A stretch of DNA of 64,000 nucleotides from a virus (IMGVR_UViG_3300014913_000007:32001-96000); one strand, 5' to 3'. Counted from the first letter of the stretch, positions 49,215 to 58,634 are shown. A program made the numbers and translations. Notes: a model not told the origin generated them from the sequence alone.

Positions 49215-49770
49215 CTCTTAAAAGTTCCTGTCTGAAAAGTACCCAACGATGGTTAAGTTCTACTTTACCTCTATTAACCTCATCTAAATAGTCTATACAG
49301 TCAACTACATTGTCAAACATGAACTTAGGATCTATAATTCCAAATAACCAAGAGGATGCTTTTGTTTTACCCCCTTTCACGATAACTAGTACAGGCTTCT
49401 TCTGCTGATCTGCAAGTATTAGTTCATGGTACGTTCCACACATATGAATGCTAGTATCTACCATAACTATTAAGAAGTCAGAGATATCTACTTGTCTCAA
49501 ATCCGAGCGTACAATTTTTCTCATTAATCTTCTAAGTTTTGTCCAGCTTCTGTTCTTCTTTAATGTTCGAATAGCTTCCTGCTCCTCTCCTACGTCAGGT
49601 GTAAGAGCTTCTAACTTATGAGTTGGGTCTAGGAATTTGATACCTATACCTCGTTTCTTAGTTTCTTCTATAATTTCTTGTCTATAAGACACTCCATAAT
49701 CCTCAGACATATCAATAGGTCCCGCTAAATATGCCACAGATTTATCTAATATGTTGACCTTTTTACTCAT
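49207..49770 (-). CDS. nucleoside 2-deoxyribosyltransferase-like protein
   Basis: YLAGPID, DLRQVDISD, GTYHE. Confidence 0.75.
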   Translation of the reverse strand: MSKKVNILDKSVAYLAGPIDMSEDYGVSYRQEIIEETKKRGIGIKFLDPTHKLEALTPDVGEEQEAIRTLKKNRSWTKLRRLMRKIVRSDLRQVDISDFLIVMVDTSIHMCGTYHELILADQQKKPVLVIVKGGKTKASSWLFGIIDPKFMFDNVVDCIDYLDEVNRGKVELNHRWVLFRQELLRDE

Positions 49771-50741
49771 TAGTTTTCTCCATGTTTAGTATATAAATGT
49801 AAATATATTCTAGATATCTGATCTAGAAAAATTTCAAAGGTATGATCCTTTTTCATCATATTACAAGTTTTGCAAGCTGGTACACAGTTATCTAAGTAAT
49901 AACCCTTAGTATTGTCTAGTCTATCTATACTATTCCTAAATAGTCCTTTTCCTGACCTGAGCTTAGTTTGCGGAGAGTTTCCACAGTAATAACACTTTGA
50001 AGAGGCTATGGTTTTGAACTCCTCCAAAGTTAGATCAAAAGTAGTATTGTTAAAAAGCTTGTTACGTCTTCTATAGTTTGAAGCTATATACGCTCTAAAT
50101 TCTGACTCCCAAGCTTTAGCCTTAGTAGAAGGTCTCAAACTTTGTGAACACCTTGAACACTTTTTAATTAGTCCCTGCCTAAGATTGCAACCTATATATG
50201 CCTGCTCATTACCACATGTACACCTACACATCCACTTAAGTTCACGTTTTCCACTTTTAAATACATGATCCTCAACATTATACAAGACTACCAAATCTCC
50301 AAACACTTTTCCAGATAGATCAATAACAGATTTATACCTAATTACTTTAGAAAGGTTATCACAAGTCTCGCAGTAGGTACTACTACTTCTTCTAGAGGCT
50401 TTTCCATTGTAAGTCTTCAAAGTATCAATTGATATTTCCTTTTCTAGACCACAACTGCATTTACATAGATACCAAGATCGTCTTGTCTTTGTTGTCGAAC
50501 TTCTAGTTCTCTCTAAAACTGTCCAATTGTAGAAAGATTTCCCTATTAATTTTAACCTCTGTTCTTCGTGTTTACACTTTACACATTGTGTACTCATGCC
50601 TCTCGATAAAGCTGATCCTAGGACTGTGCTTTCTGTACCACAACTACATTTACATGTCCAATAAAGGTTTCCACTGGCGCTCTTATCCCTGGCTTTACTA
50701 ACTACCGTCCATTTACCTATTATTTGTCCAGTTTCAATCAT
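49770..50741 (-). CDS. HNH-type endonuclease with three CxCxCG repeats
   Basis: GKWTV..W.C.C.CG-like unit x3; CYYCG..IDRLDN..GY..NCVPACKTCN. Confidence 0.85.
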   Translation of the reverse strand: MIETGQIIGKWTVVSKARDKSASGNLYWTCKCSCGTESTVLGSALSRGMSTQCVKCKHEEQRLKLIGKSFYNWTVLERTRSSTTKTRRSWYLCKCSCGLEKEISIDTLKTYNGKASRRSSSTYCETCDNLSKVIRYKSVIDLSGKVFGDLVVLYNVEDHVFKSGKRELKWMCRCTCGNEQAYIGCNLRQGLIKKCSRCSQSLRPSTKAKAWESEFRAYIASNYRRRNKLFNNTTFDLTLEEFKTIASSKCYYCGNSPQTKLRSGKGLFRNSIDRLDNTKGYYLDNCVPACKTCNMMKKDHTFEIFLDQISRIYLHLYTKHGEN

Positions 50742-50835
50742 TTGTCTAAAATATTCGGATTCTTACTCATATTAAATCCTGTTATTAAGTAAAAATTCTA
50801 TACCTATTATAACATTATAAGTACAAAGCTGCAAC

Positions 50836-51216
50836 CTACTTACCATTAACATGTTTATATACCTTGTCATACAACTCTTTTACTAACTTACTAATAAATT
50901 CCGGATCATGAGTCTCTACTTTACTAATATGCTTACCACAATCCTTACAACGAACATAGAAGTGAATGCGGGGACCAATAAAGTCTCCTTGACAGGAATC
51001 ATAATCCTCTCTTTTGACGTGTTCGATATCTGGGTCATAATCTAGATTCTCATGCTTACAGGCTTCTATCTCACAGGCTCTTTCACATACTCCGGCCTCA
51101 TGCTCTTGTTTATAGGACTTACTACAAATATCACAGATATACTCGTAAACGTCATACTTCACCGTCCTTTCAATTGTCTTAACTAGTTTCTTCTTCATTG
51201 TTTTCCTTACATCCAC
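50836..51216 (-). CDS. Cys-rich zinc-binding protein (paralog 1)
   Basis: YxCxxC..CE..C..CxH..CxxC. Confidence 0.65.
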   Translation of the reverse strand: MDVRKTMKKKLVKTIERTVKYDVYEYICDICSKSYKQEHEAGVCERACEIEACKHENLDYDPDIEHVKREDYDSCQGDFIGPRIHFYVRCKDCGKHISKVETHDPEFISKLVKELYDKVYKHVNGK

Positions 51217-51547
51217 AAATTACAAAATCATCTGCTAACTCATATACTTCTCTAAAAAACTTACGAGAACAACATAAGTCCATCTTCTTATCTGATATTA
51301 CCTTATTACAGTTACTGCACTTCTCTAACAGGTACAGATATCCGGGTTCATGATCGTCTACATCATAAGAACGTCCTGGGAATTCCTCTATTACTACCTT
51401 TGTACAGTAATGTTTGCAATCTTTCTGCCTACATAATGACTCACACTCCTCTATATCTTTAGGACTTAAAGACTTCTTACCACAAAAGATACATTCATAC
51501 TCAATTACATATTCAGTTACTGGTACTTTTATTCTTTCTGTTTTCAT
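51179..51547 (-). CDS. Cys-rich zinc-binding protein (paralog 2)
   Basis: same Cys pattern. Confidence 0.65.
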   Translation of the reverse strand: MKTERIKVPVTEYVIEYECIFCGKKSLSPKDIEECESLCRQKDCKHYCTKVVIEEFPGRSYDVDDHEPGYLYLLEKCSNCNKVISDKKMDLCCSRKFFREVYELADDFVICGCKENNEEETS

Positions 51548-51927
51548 TCAAAGTCTTCCTCTTTTGTTTTATAGATTGAGAACTTCTTATACTGTTCTGC
51601 TATAGGTTGTATCTTCGCCAGGAATAGCTGTATATACTTCTTACCTTCTATCCTAACTTCACTAATGGCTGCTCCACATCGAGAACACTCTCCTTCAATT
51701 GATAGACTTGGGTGTTCAACTATGTCTAGATCTTCGTTAAAGGATCCGGAAAATCCATATAAACTATAATTAATTTCGTCATGTTCACAGTTAGTAAATC
51801 TACATAAGTCCGTACACTCTTTGGCCTCTTCTTCAGTGTCATATTCTCTTTTGCAGACTTCACATATATATCTATAGATGGTAACTTCCCTTAATTCTTT
51901 ACCTATAATCACTTTTTTCATTACCAA
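51544..51927 (-). CDS. Cys-rich zinc-binding protein (paralog 3)
   Basis: same Cys pattern. Confidence 0.65.
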   Translation of the reverse strand: MVMKKVIIGKELREVTIYRYICEVCKREYDTEEEAKECTDLCRFTNCEHDEINYSLYGFSGSFNEDLDIVEHPSLSIEGECSRCGAAISEVRIEGKKYIQLFLAKIQPIAEQYKKFSIYKTKEEDFE

Positions 51928-52847
51928 TCTGCCCCGAAAACTAACCCACCATAAATAGAAAACCTATCTTCTTGCTCTGAATACTGCCTAGTAGATCCTA
52001 TAACATTAAATTTAACTGAGTATCCTAAATATTCCAGTCCGACTCCAGTATGCAGACTACTTACAAAATGTTTAGTATCTACACTATGACTTTTTCTAAA
52101 CAAAGTTCCATCATAGAATATATTCCTACCTACTAAAGCTATGTTAGTTCCACCAAAAGCATATGCTGATACTCTCTCAGTGTGGCTTCCATCTAGTTGA
52201 GGTAAGTTTCTTCCTACTCTAAACAAATTTTTATAATTAAAATCAGTGTAAATATTACCTGACCTAAACCGTATTTCAGATACTCTATCTATAAATCTTC
52301 CATAAACAAACTTCTTACTTCTAAGATACTCTAAGTTTAGTACTAGCTCATGAGGTAGCTGATGATCCCAACCTTTAGGGTCTTTCCCCTTGCCTAGGTC
52401 ATTATGTACAAATTTCTGTGCATGTTCAGAAAAAGAATACTTACCCACCAATCCTATAGTTAAGGAGGTCTCTATTCTAAAGTCGGCATCAGCGTTTACT
52501 CTAGTTAACTGTGTAAACAATAATCCTGCATAGGGGTTATTGTTTTCTATTAGCTCCACTACCCCTATATCACTTGGGGTATGAATCTCTTGCCCAAACC
52601 TTGTTTTAATTCTGGTTAGTTTATCAGGGTCATTATCGTATATTCTAATAGCGGGTAAAAATCTCGCAGCTTGTCTCAGTTTCTTGGTGGCTTTAGCATA
52701 GCCTACTGAATTAGTTAAGATAGTTCCATGTGTGTAGTTTTTATCACTCCCCCCCACAATATCATTTTCTATAGTTATGCCAAAGTTATTGGAAACTGAA
52801 CAACTACACAAAAAAGTTAGTAGTATTATATATAAGTACTTAAACAT
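51921..52847 (-). CDS. lpxR: lipid A 3'-O-deacylase LpxR family outer-membrane protein
   Basis: END..D..YTHG, GQEIHTP, PYAG, QKFVH, GWDHQL; signal peptide; terminal aromatic W. Confidence 0.85.
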   Translation of the reverse strand: MFKYLYIILLTFLCSCSVSNNFGITIENDIVGGSDKNYTHGTILTNSVGYAKATKKLRQAARFLPAIRIYDNDPDKLTRIKTRFGQEIHTPSDIGVVELIENNNPYAGLLFTQLTRVNADADFRIETSLTIGLVGKYSFSEHAQKFVHNDLGKGKDPKGWDHQLPHELVLNLEYLRSKKFVYGRFIDRVSEIRFRSGNIYTDFNYKNLFRVGRNLPQLDGSHTERVSAYAFGGTNIALVGRNIFYDGTLFRKSHSVDTKHFVSSLHTGVGLEYLGYSVKFNVIGSTRQYSEQEDRFSIYGGLVFGADW

Positions 52848-52852
52848 GAAAC

Positions 52853-53233
52853 TTAAACCTCAATTATAAAATTATCTTCTTCCTCTGACTTAGTAACCTT
52901 ATTTACTCTTTTAGTACATAATGCAATACTAGTTTTATTAGGTCTTCCCTTCCTTCTAGCCTGAATGCCAGTACTCCCAAAGATAGTCCTTAAAGCTTTA
53001 GTATCTATTCTATACCTTACTGCTATCTCTTTCTGAGTCTTGCCTTCTATTATGTACAATTTAAACAACTTGTCTCTGGTTAACAATCTCCTAGCTCTTG
53101 CTATTTTTGTTTCTTTTCTCTTCACACAATGCTTTGATTTGAATTTCAACATTGTCCGGGTAGAGGCAGTTTCCACTTTGACTTCTCCTTTAGTTCCAAA
53201 TAAGACTTTTCTTATTCTTTTAATAAACAACAT
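52853..53233 (-). CDS. HTH-containing protein
   Basis: LYIIEGKTQKEIA. Confidence 0.55.
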   Translation of the reverse strand: MLFIKRIRKVLFGTKGEVKVETASTRTMLKFKSKHCVKRKETKIARARRLLTRDKLFKLYIIEGKTQKEIAVRYRIDTKALRTIFGSTGIQARRKGRPNKTSIALCTKRVNKVTKSEEEDNFIIEV

Positions 53234-53353
53234 ACTGCTCCTACTTCTCCTTCTTATTAAATATTCCTATAGAAAACAGTATACCCATCCTTTGATTGTA
53301 TGTCAAACTATTAATATAATCAATGCTAATAAAATTAATTAATTAATTAATTC

Positions 53354-53382
53354 TTGACTTTTATCATTACCTGTACTATAGT
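53354..53382 (+). promoter_or_regulatory. promoter of tRNA array B
   Basis: TTGACT-N17-TATAGT. Confidence 0.75.
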
Positions 53383-53388
53383 GAGTAT

Positions 53389-53469
53389 ATGATTACAAGA
53401 ATGATTTCTTTATACACTTCTTTATGTACCTCTTATCTAGAGGAACTCGAATATCTATATCTAAAATAA
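53389..53469 (+). CDS. leader peptide B (MITRMISLYTSLCTSYLEELEYLYLK)
   Basis: ATG at the expected +1; L/Y/E/C-rich, matching array B. Confidence 0.75.
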   Translation: MITRMISLYTSLCTSYLEELEYLYLK

Positions 53470-53484
53470 GGTAAACTTCACATA

Positions 53485-53549
53485 AAACTAAACGCACTTC
53501 TGGCCCAGTTTTATGGGAAGGAGATAAGTGTATTTAGTTTTTGTTTTTT
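53485..53549 (+). terminator. terminator-like hairpin between leader B and the first tRNA
   Basis: AAAACTAAACGCACTT/AAGTGTATTTAGTTTT followed by TGTTTTTT. Confidence 0.55.
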
Positions 53550-53553
53550 ATTA

Positions 53554-53640
53554 GCCCAGGTGGTGGAATTGGTAGACACGCTGAGTTTAAGCCTCAGTGT
53601 CAGCAATGACGTACAGGTTCGAGTCCTGCTCTGGGCACCA
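53554..53640 (+). tRNA. tRNA-Leu(TAA)
   Basis: long variable arm, loop TTTAAGC, CCA. Confidence 0.9.
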
Positions 53641-53641
53641 T

Positions 53642-53725
53642 ACTAGATTGGTGGAATTGGTAGACACATTAGGCTCAAACCCTGAGGCCAGAAATGGTGT
53701 ATAGGTTCGACTCCTATATCTAGTA
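53642..53725 (+). tRNA. tRNA-Leu(CAA)
   Basis: loop CTCAAAC; no CCA. Confidence 0.9.
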
Positions 53726-53730
53726 CTTAT

Positions 53731-53814
53731 GCCGAGGTGGTGGAATTGGTAGACACGCTAGTCTTAGAAGCTAGTGCCCGAAAGGGCGTGAGGGTTCGAC
53801 CCCCTCCTTCGGCA
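53731..53814 (+). tRNA. tRNA-Leu(TAG)
   Basis: loop CTTAGAA; no CCA. Confidence 0.9.
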
Positions 53815-53823
53815 CTTTTATAT

Positions 53824-53897
53824 GACTCCTTGGTCAAGTGGTAAGACGAGAGATTGCAAACCTCTAGTCCTGGGTTCAATCCCCAGAGGAGTTTCCA
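53824..53897 (+). tRNA. tRNA-Cys(GCA)
   Basis: loop TTGCAAA, U73, CCA. Confidence 0.9.
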
Positions 53898-53898
53898 C

Positions 53899-53986
53899 GG
53901 GAGAACGGTCACGATGGTGGAGTGGCACTGGTCTGTAAAACCAGCACAAAGAAACACAGGGGGTTCGAATCCCTCTTCTCCCACCA
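53899..53986 (+). tRNA. tRNA-Tyr(GTA)
   Basis: loop CTGTAAA, long variable region, CCA. Confidence 0.9.
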
Positions 53987-53989
53987 CAT

Positions 53990-54060
53990 GTCTCCATCGT
54001 CTAACGGTAGGACATCTGACTTTCTATCAGATAATGTCGGTTCGATTCCGGCTGGAGATA
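53990..54060 (+). tRNA. tRNA-Glu(TTC)
   Basis: TCTGA-CTTTCTA-TCAGA anticodon arm; no CCA. Confidence 0.85.
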
Positions 54061-54066
54061 CTTTTT

Positions 54067-55110
54067 TTAATCCTCTACTAGTACCTTAGATTGTATATAC
54101 TCTTTAACATACTTAAAAGGAATATCTAAGTCTTCGCTTATCTCCTCATAAGAAAGTCCTTCATCTATAAGCATAGTAGAAACTTCTGTTCCGTGTGCCT
54201 CCACTAAAGGTCTGAAGACTTGTTTAGCTTTTATTAACTCTTTCTTTGAGTTCCAATATCTAACAGACTTAAATAATTTCTTAGCTTTAGTATCTTCTGG
54301 AAAAATAGATGATTCAAGATCTACTTCTGGATATAGAATTTCTGCAAACTTAATCATGTCTACTGTCATAACTCTTACCCTACATACAGTAGATTGCTTC
54401 GTACTAGTATTTTCTAGGATGGTATTATATATTCCTAAATCCTTTAGTACTTCTGAAAACTGAGTGACAAATTTAATAGTAGGTCCACTCATGGATAGAA
54501 ATCCAGGTTCAGGTTCTGTTAAATTCTTACAGAAACCTCCATGTCTTTCAAAATACCCTCTCAAGTAATGTGGTAGTAGTTTCTTTGGCATTAAAGGTGG
54601 GAAGTCTAACATGTTTACATTTCTACTACCATAGTGCCACTTATTAAGTGCTTCTCTTATTCCTTGTTGGCTTATAGTAAGAAAAAATTTACCATATTCA
54701 CGTCCATTTACTGTTTGAGTACGGTAACTAAATTTATTATCTATCTTTAAACATTTTTTTAACTTTACTAAGTACTCTTTATCTTTTATAGAAGAAGTTA
54801 TTATCATACTTTCTGAAGTACTAGTCTTAAGGATCGATCCTGCCCAAGCTAGGTAACCTAATACGTAAGCTAAGTCCTTATTATCAATTTTCTTAAACTT
54901 ATCTAAGTCTATTTTCTTATACTTTCTTGTATTAATCATTCCAAGATCATAGCATTCCTTAAAGGATCTAAACTTCATATTATATTTTTCAAATAGCTTT
55001 TCTACTCTGTAAGTTGTAATAGAATATTTTTTTGCTATAGCTTTTTTACTTTTAAGCTCAATTAAGTAACTGGTCTCTAGTTGTTTTTTAGTTGGTAATT
55101 TAGTAAGCAT
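54067..55110 (-). CDS. degenerate LAGLIDADG protein with terminal HTH-like segments
   Basis: YVLGYLAWAGS and YLRGYFERHGG lack the catalytic D-G. Confidence 0.7.
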   Translation of the reverse strand: MLTKLPTKKQLETSYLIELKSKKAIAKKYSITTYRVEKLFEKYNMKFRSFKECYDLGMINTRKYKKIDLDKFKKIDNKDLAYVLGYLAWAGSILKTSTSESMIITSSIKDKEYLVKLKKCLKIDNKFSYRTQTVNGREYGKFFLTISQQGIREALNKWHYGSRNVNMLDFPPLMPKKLLPHYLRGYFERHGGFCKNLTEPEPGFLSMSGPTIKFVTQFSEVLKDLGIYNTILENTSTKQSTVCRVRVMTVDMIKFAEILYPEVDLESSIFPEDTKAKKLFKSVRYWNSKKELIKAKQVFRPLVEAHGTEVSTMLIDEGLSYEEISEDLDIPFKYVKEYIQSKVLVED

Positions 55111-55215
55111 CTATCAGTCTCCTTAAAAAATTCACTATAAGTAGCAGCTTACCAATATACAATAGTTTTGTCAATAGTACTTGCTATCTAAATAAAAATC
55201 CTATATAATATGCCT

Positions 55216-55381
55216 AGGGAGTGCCGACTCACAGTAGAGGAAACACTCGTAACGACAAAAAAATAAAGATGCTACTGTCTCTTAACTACTGGGTTTAATG
55301 GTTCGTTTATGTGCTCTGTACGTAACATCACCACCGATGGCTGTAGGTGTAAGCTCAACCTAGGAACGGGCCAGCTTTTTT
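55216..55381 (+). ncRNA. candidate structured RNA / 5' leader
   Basis: TTGCTA-N17-TATAAT at 55181-55209; multi-stem fold; U-tract. Confidence 0.4.
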
Positions 55382-55399
55382 ATTATACAAGTAACTAAA

Positions 55400-55738
55400 A
55401 TGAAGAAAATAAAACCTAAAGACTATTCAAAGTTAAAGCCTGGTAAAACATACCTATTTGCAAGTATACACTTCAAAGAAAAAGAAGTAAGTCTGCAAGG
55501 GAAAAAAGTTAAAACCTGGGAAATAGTAGAAGTAACTCCCAGAGAAGGTAAATTACTATCAATAACCACTAAAAGAATAGAGATACTAAAGAAAGGCAAA
55601 CCTACAGGAAAGTTCGCTCTGGTTGGGGATGTATTAATCTTTGAACCAAGAAATAACTGCATAGTATTAATGGGAAGTAAAGTAAAAGTCTTCAAAACAG
55701 TAATAGGCTGTAATAATTTTAAAATATATAAGAAGTAA
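55400..55738 (+). CDS. basic hypothetical protein
   Basis: ORF. Confidence 0.55.
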   Translation: MKKIKPKDYSKLKPGKTYLFASIHFKEKEVSLQGKKVKTWEIVEVTPREGKLLSITTKRIEILKKGKPTGKFALVGDVLIFEPRNNCIVLMGSKVKVFKTVIGCNNFKIYKK

Positions 55739-56240
55739 TTAAATATGGATCCAGTAATACTAATATTAATACTTATCTTATTTACGTCTGTGACTATAAA
55801 TTTGGTGCTTACATGTAGGTTATTAAGGTCTGAACTAACTTTAAGAAGAAAATCTAAAAGATTAGAAGCAGTTATGAAAGAAAATGAACGCTACTTCTAC
55901 GAACAGTTCGATAAATATGTTGATAACAAGTCAAATGAGGATTTTCATTAATCTGCTGGCCTATCTACTAAAATCCAGACACATCTACTGAATATATTTA
56001 AAGTAACTTCATCCTTCAATTCATGATCGTCTGGTGAGATGGTCTTATCATACCCTAAACATTTGAGATATTTATTCTCTACCCTGGCTAATTGTCTTAA
56101 CTTTTCAAAAGAGAGTTTCATTTCGTCTCTGTCCTTTTCCAGCATTGTATGTCCTTATGTATTTATAAGTTATTATTAATATTAGTTTAACATATATTTA
56201 ATACTAAGTCAAATACGTATTTTATGCTATTTCTTGACTT

Positions 56241-57794
56241 TTAAGCAATTATTCCTGAGGCTGTTACCCAATTACTACCACTATACCAAATTGGTAATCC
56301 TAAAGTAGTATCAAAGTAGAGTTCTCCTAATAGAGGTAATCCAGGTCTTTCCCCTGTGATACCTGCACTAGGTGTAACTAGAACGTCTAAGGCATCTTTT
56401 ACTGTAGATCCTGATACTGTAGAATCATTAATAGTAATAGAAGCAAAACTCTCTATAAAAGTATCATTTAAAGAAGTGGTATTACTATCATCTAAAGTAT
56501 ACCCATTCTCAATTAAGTAATCTACGGTATTATTATAACAAACATTTTTCTTTAAGTTACATACAGAACCATTCTCAAGTCTTATACCTCTATTACAGTT
56601 ATAACAAGTATTACCGATTATCGCTGCCATTCCATTAGCACTGCCACCGTCTAAAGATATACCCTCACCCGAACACTCAGAAACTAGGTTATCTTGGAGA
56701 ATACTAACACTAGTGACATCATCTATATCTATACCTTCAATGCAGCGTTTGACCCTATTTCTTCTAATTATTGCTGAGTTTCTGTAGCCAGAAATAGTTC
56801 CTAACTGATCTAACTTTATCCCTTCGCCTCCATTACCATCATCACAATTATTAATGTAACAATCTTCTACTAGCATGTTAATTGAATTCTGTAAATGAAG
56901 ACCTCTGCCCAGACTTGCAGAATCAATAAAACAATTCTTTATAAACGCAGAGTTAGAACCTCTTAAACAGATAGCTGCTCCTTCTATCTTATCTGTAGTG
57001 GCCTTATGTAAGTGACAGTCAATAATGGAGATATTACTACTCATTTCAGATATAGAAGGTGCAGTTGCATAATCTGATCCATTATAGTAGGCTAATAGTA
57101 TTGCACTGCCCTGGGCATTTCTTATAGTAATATTGTGAAATATTAAATCATTAGCTTTAGAATGATTGTCTTTAAATGTTATTGCGGAGCCTTTACCATT
57201 CTGGTAGGAGGTAGTGCAATCTTCTAGTATTAAGCTACTCAGTAAGATATCAGCTGCCCCATCTTCTACTTGAATACATTGCTGACCTGTAATAACTGGA
57301 AAATATCCATCTGTTACCTTTACTTTAAATTCTACTCCTGAGGGTATAGTAATTGGACTATAAGTAGCACTTGTCCTAACTTCAAGTACTTGGTCATCAG
57401 TAAGCGAGTTAATTGCCAAATTTAAATCATTTGATCCAGTAGTGGTTAAGATAACGTCTGGTATCTCAAATCTTAGTTCCTCAATGTCTTGTAAAATACT
57501 TGAGTATTCTCCAGCCTCTACTGAAGCTATTAACTGATCTACATATAACTTAGTTGCAGCTTCAGAGTCTGTGGTGGGGTTTGGTAATTGACTAAGTATT
57601 TGATTATTAAAGTCTACAGCATCCTGAGGAGGATATTTGTACCACTCATCTGCTGCAGCTCCAGAACTTGTAGCTCCAGAACTTGTAACTGCCTCTGAAT
57701 CTCGGTATCTACCTCCAACAGCTAATAGTTCCTCTCCTCGCTGAATTACTCTAGATTCAGGTGTTACTTGTGGATCTACTTTATAATTTGACAT
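56241..57794 (-). CDS. MSNYKVDPQV-module protein with right-handed beta-helix (tailspike/depolymerase-like)
   Basis: I.N/GI repeats typical of parallel beta-helix; C-terminal RP..P..GELYFDTTL..W module. Confidence 0.75.
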   Translation of the reverse strand: MSNYKVDPQVTPESRVIQRGEELLAVGGRYRDSEAVTSSGATSSGAAADEWYKYPPQDAVDFNNQILSQLPNPTTDSEAATKLYVDQLIASVEAGEYSSILQDIEELRFEIPDVILTTTGSNDLNLAINSLTDDQVLEVRTSATYSPITIPSGVEFKVKVTDGYFPVITGQQCIQVEDGAADILLSSLILEDCTTSYQNGKGSAITFKDNHSKANDLIFHNITIRNAQGSAILLAYYNGSDYATAPSISEMSSNISIIDCHLHKATTDKIEGAAICLRGSNSAFIKNCFIDSASLGRGLHLQNSINMLVEDCYINNCDDGNGGEGIKLDQLGTISGYRNSAIIRRNRVKRCIEGIDIDDVTSVSILQDNLVSECSGEGISLDGGSANGMAAIIGNTCYNCNRGIRLENGSVCNLKKNVCYNNTVDYLIENGYTLDDSNTTSLNDTFIESFASITINDSTVSGSTVKDALDVLVTPSAGITGERPGLPLLGELYFDTTLGLPIWYSGSNWVTASGIIA

Positions 57795-57864
57795 AATTAT
57801 TATTATTCCCTCATATTAAAATTTCTTTTAATATTCTATAGTACATTACCAAGTTAAATATTTC

Positions 57865-57893
57865 TTGACATACGTTAATATCTGTACTATAGT
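57865..57893 (+). promoter_or_regulatory. promoter of tRNA array C
   Basis: TTGACA-N17-TATAGT. Confidence 0.75.
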
Positions 57894-57899
57894 ACATTT

Positions 57900-57983
57900 A
57901 TGATGTTATCTATTTGTAACATATCTTTTGACTTTGCCGTATTCAACGGTACAGGAATCACCTCGGGAACTGGCACACATTAA
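57900..57983 (+). CDS. leader peptide C (MMLSICNISFDFAVFNGTGITSGTGTH)
   Basis: ATG at the expected +1; G/T-rich C-terminus matching tRNA-Gly and tRNA-Thr. Confidence 0.7.
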   Translation: MMLSICNISFDFAVFNGTGITSGTGTH

Positions 57984-58074
57984 GTGTAAACTGTCAGGAT
58001 CCATCTAACAAATAAGTTTAAAATTTAATCTGGATACTGGCGGTACTAATATGATCGTATTTGGAGTTTGTTAC

Positions 58075-58410
58075 ATGAGTAGATCACGTAGAAAAAAACC
58101 TATCATCAGACACGGTGGTAGTGATAAGTGGTGGAGAAGGAACTACAATCGTAAACTAAGAAGAGCTAATAAGGTACTCTTACAGAAACAGAAGGAAGAT
58201 TTCCTACCTAAATTAGTTAGAGAAGTTAGTAATGTTTGGGATAGTAGTAGAGATTGTACTTTTAGATTTACTTATCTAAAGGATGGTAACTTATGTCATC
58301 TAAGTAACGTTGGATTCTGGGCTGATTTTTATGGAGTATCTATAGAAGAGTATATAGAGAAAGAAAAGAAAGAAGCTAAGGAGGAATACAACAAATGGAT
58401 GAGGAAGTAG
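58075..58410 (+). CDS. basic phage protein (MSRS.R..P type)
   Basis: GGAG RBS before ATG 58075. Confidence 0.6.
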   Translation: MSRSRRKKPIIRHGGSDKWWRRNYNRKLRRANKVLLQKQKEDFLPKLVREVSNVWDSSRDCTFRFTYLKDGNLCHLSNVGFWADFYGVSIEEYIEKEKKEAKEEYNKWMRK

Positions 58411-58556
58411 AGTACAAGAAAACTAACAGGGAGAAGGTACAGACTCCTAAGTTAGGTATATTCTATTGCACATGTGATAGAGCTTTAGTAGGAAAGGGGA
58501 GGAAGTGTAAGTTTTGCGGGACTAGAGATCCTGGTAAAACATTTAAAAAATAATAT

Positions 58557-58629
58557 CCTGGAATGAGGTTAATGGTTAGCCTGTCTGACTTCCAATCAGA
58601 ATGCGTCAGTTCGAATCTGGCTTCCAGGA
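58557..58629 (+). tRNA. tRNA-Gly(TCC)
   Basis: loop CTTCCAA, TTCGAAT; atypical acceptor stem; no CCA. Confidence 0.8.
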
Positions 58630-58634
58630 CTCCT

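Noticed and set aside
53990-54060. Possible amber suppressor (CTA in the loop) and recoded genome
   Set aside because: The 7-nt loop CTTTCTA centres on TTC (Glu); genes are intact in the standard code and TAG and TGA act as stops
55216-55381. tmRNA (pseudoknot, A-rich run and short frame ending TAA)
   Set aside because: Too short; no alanyl acceptor stem or T arm
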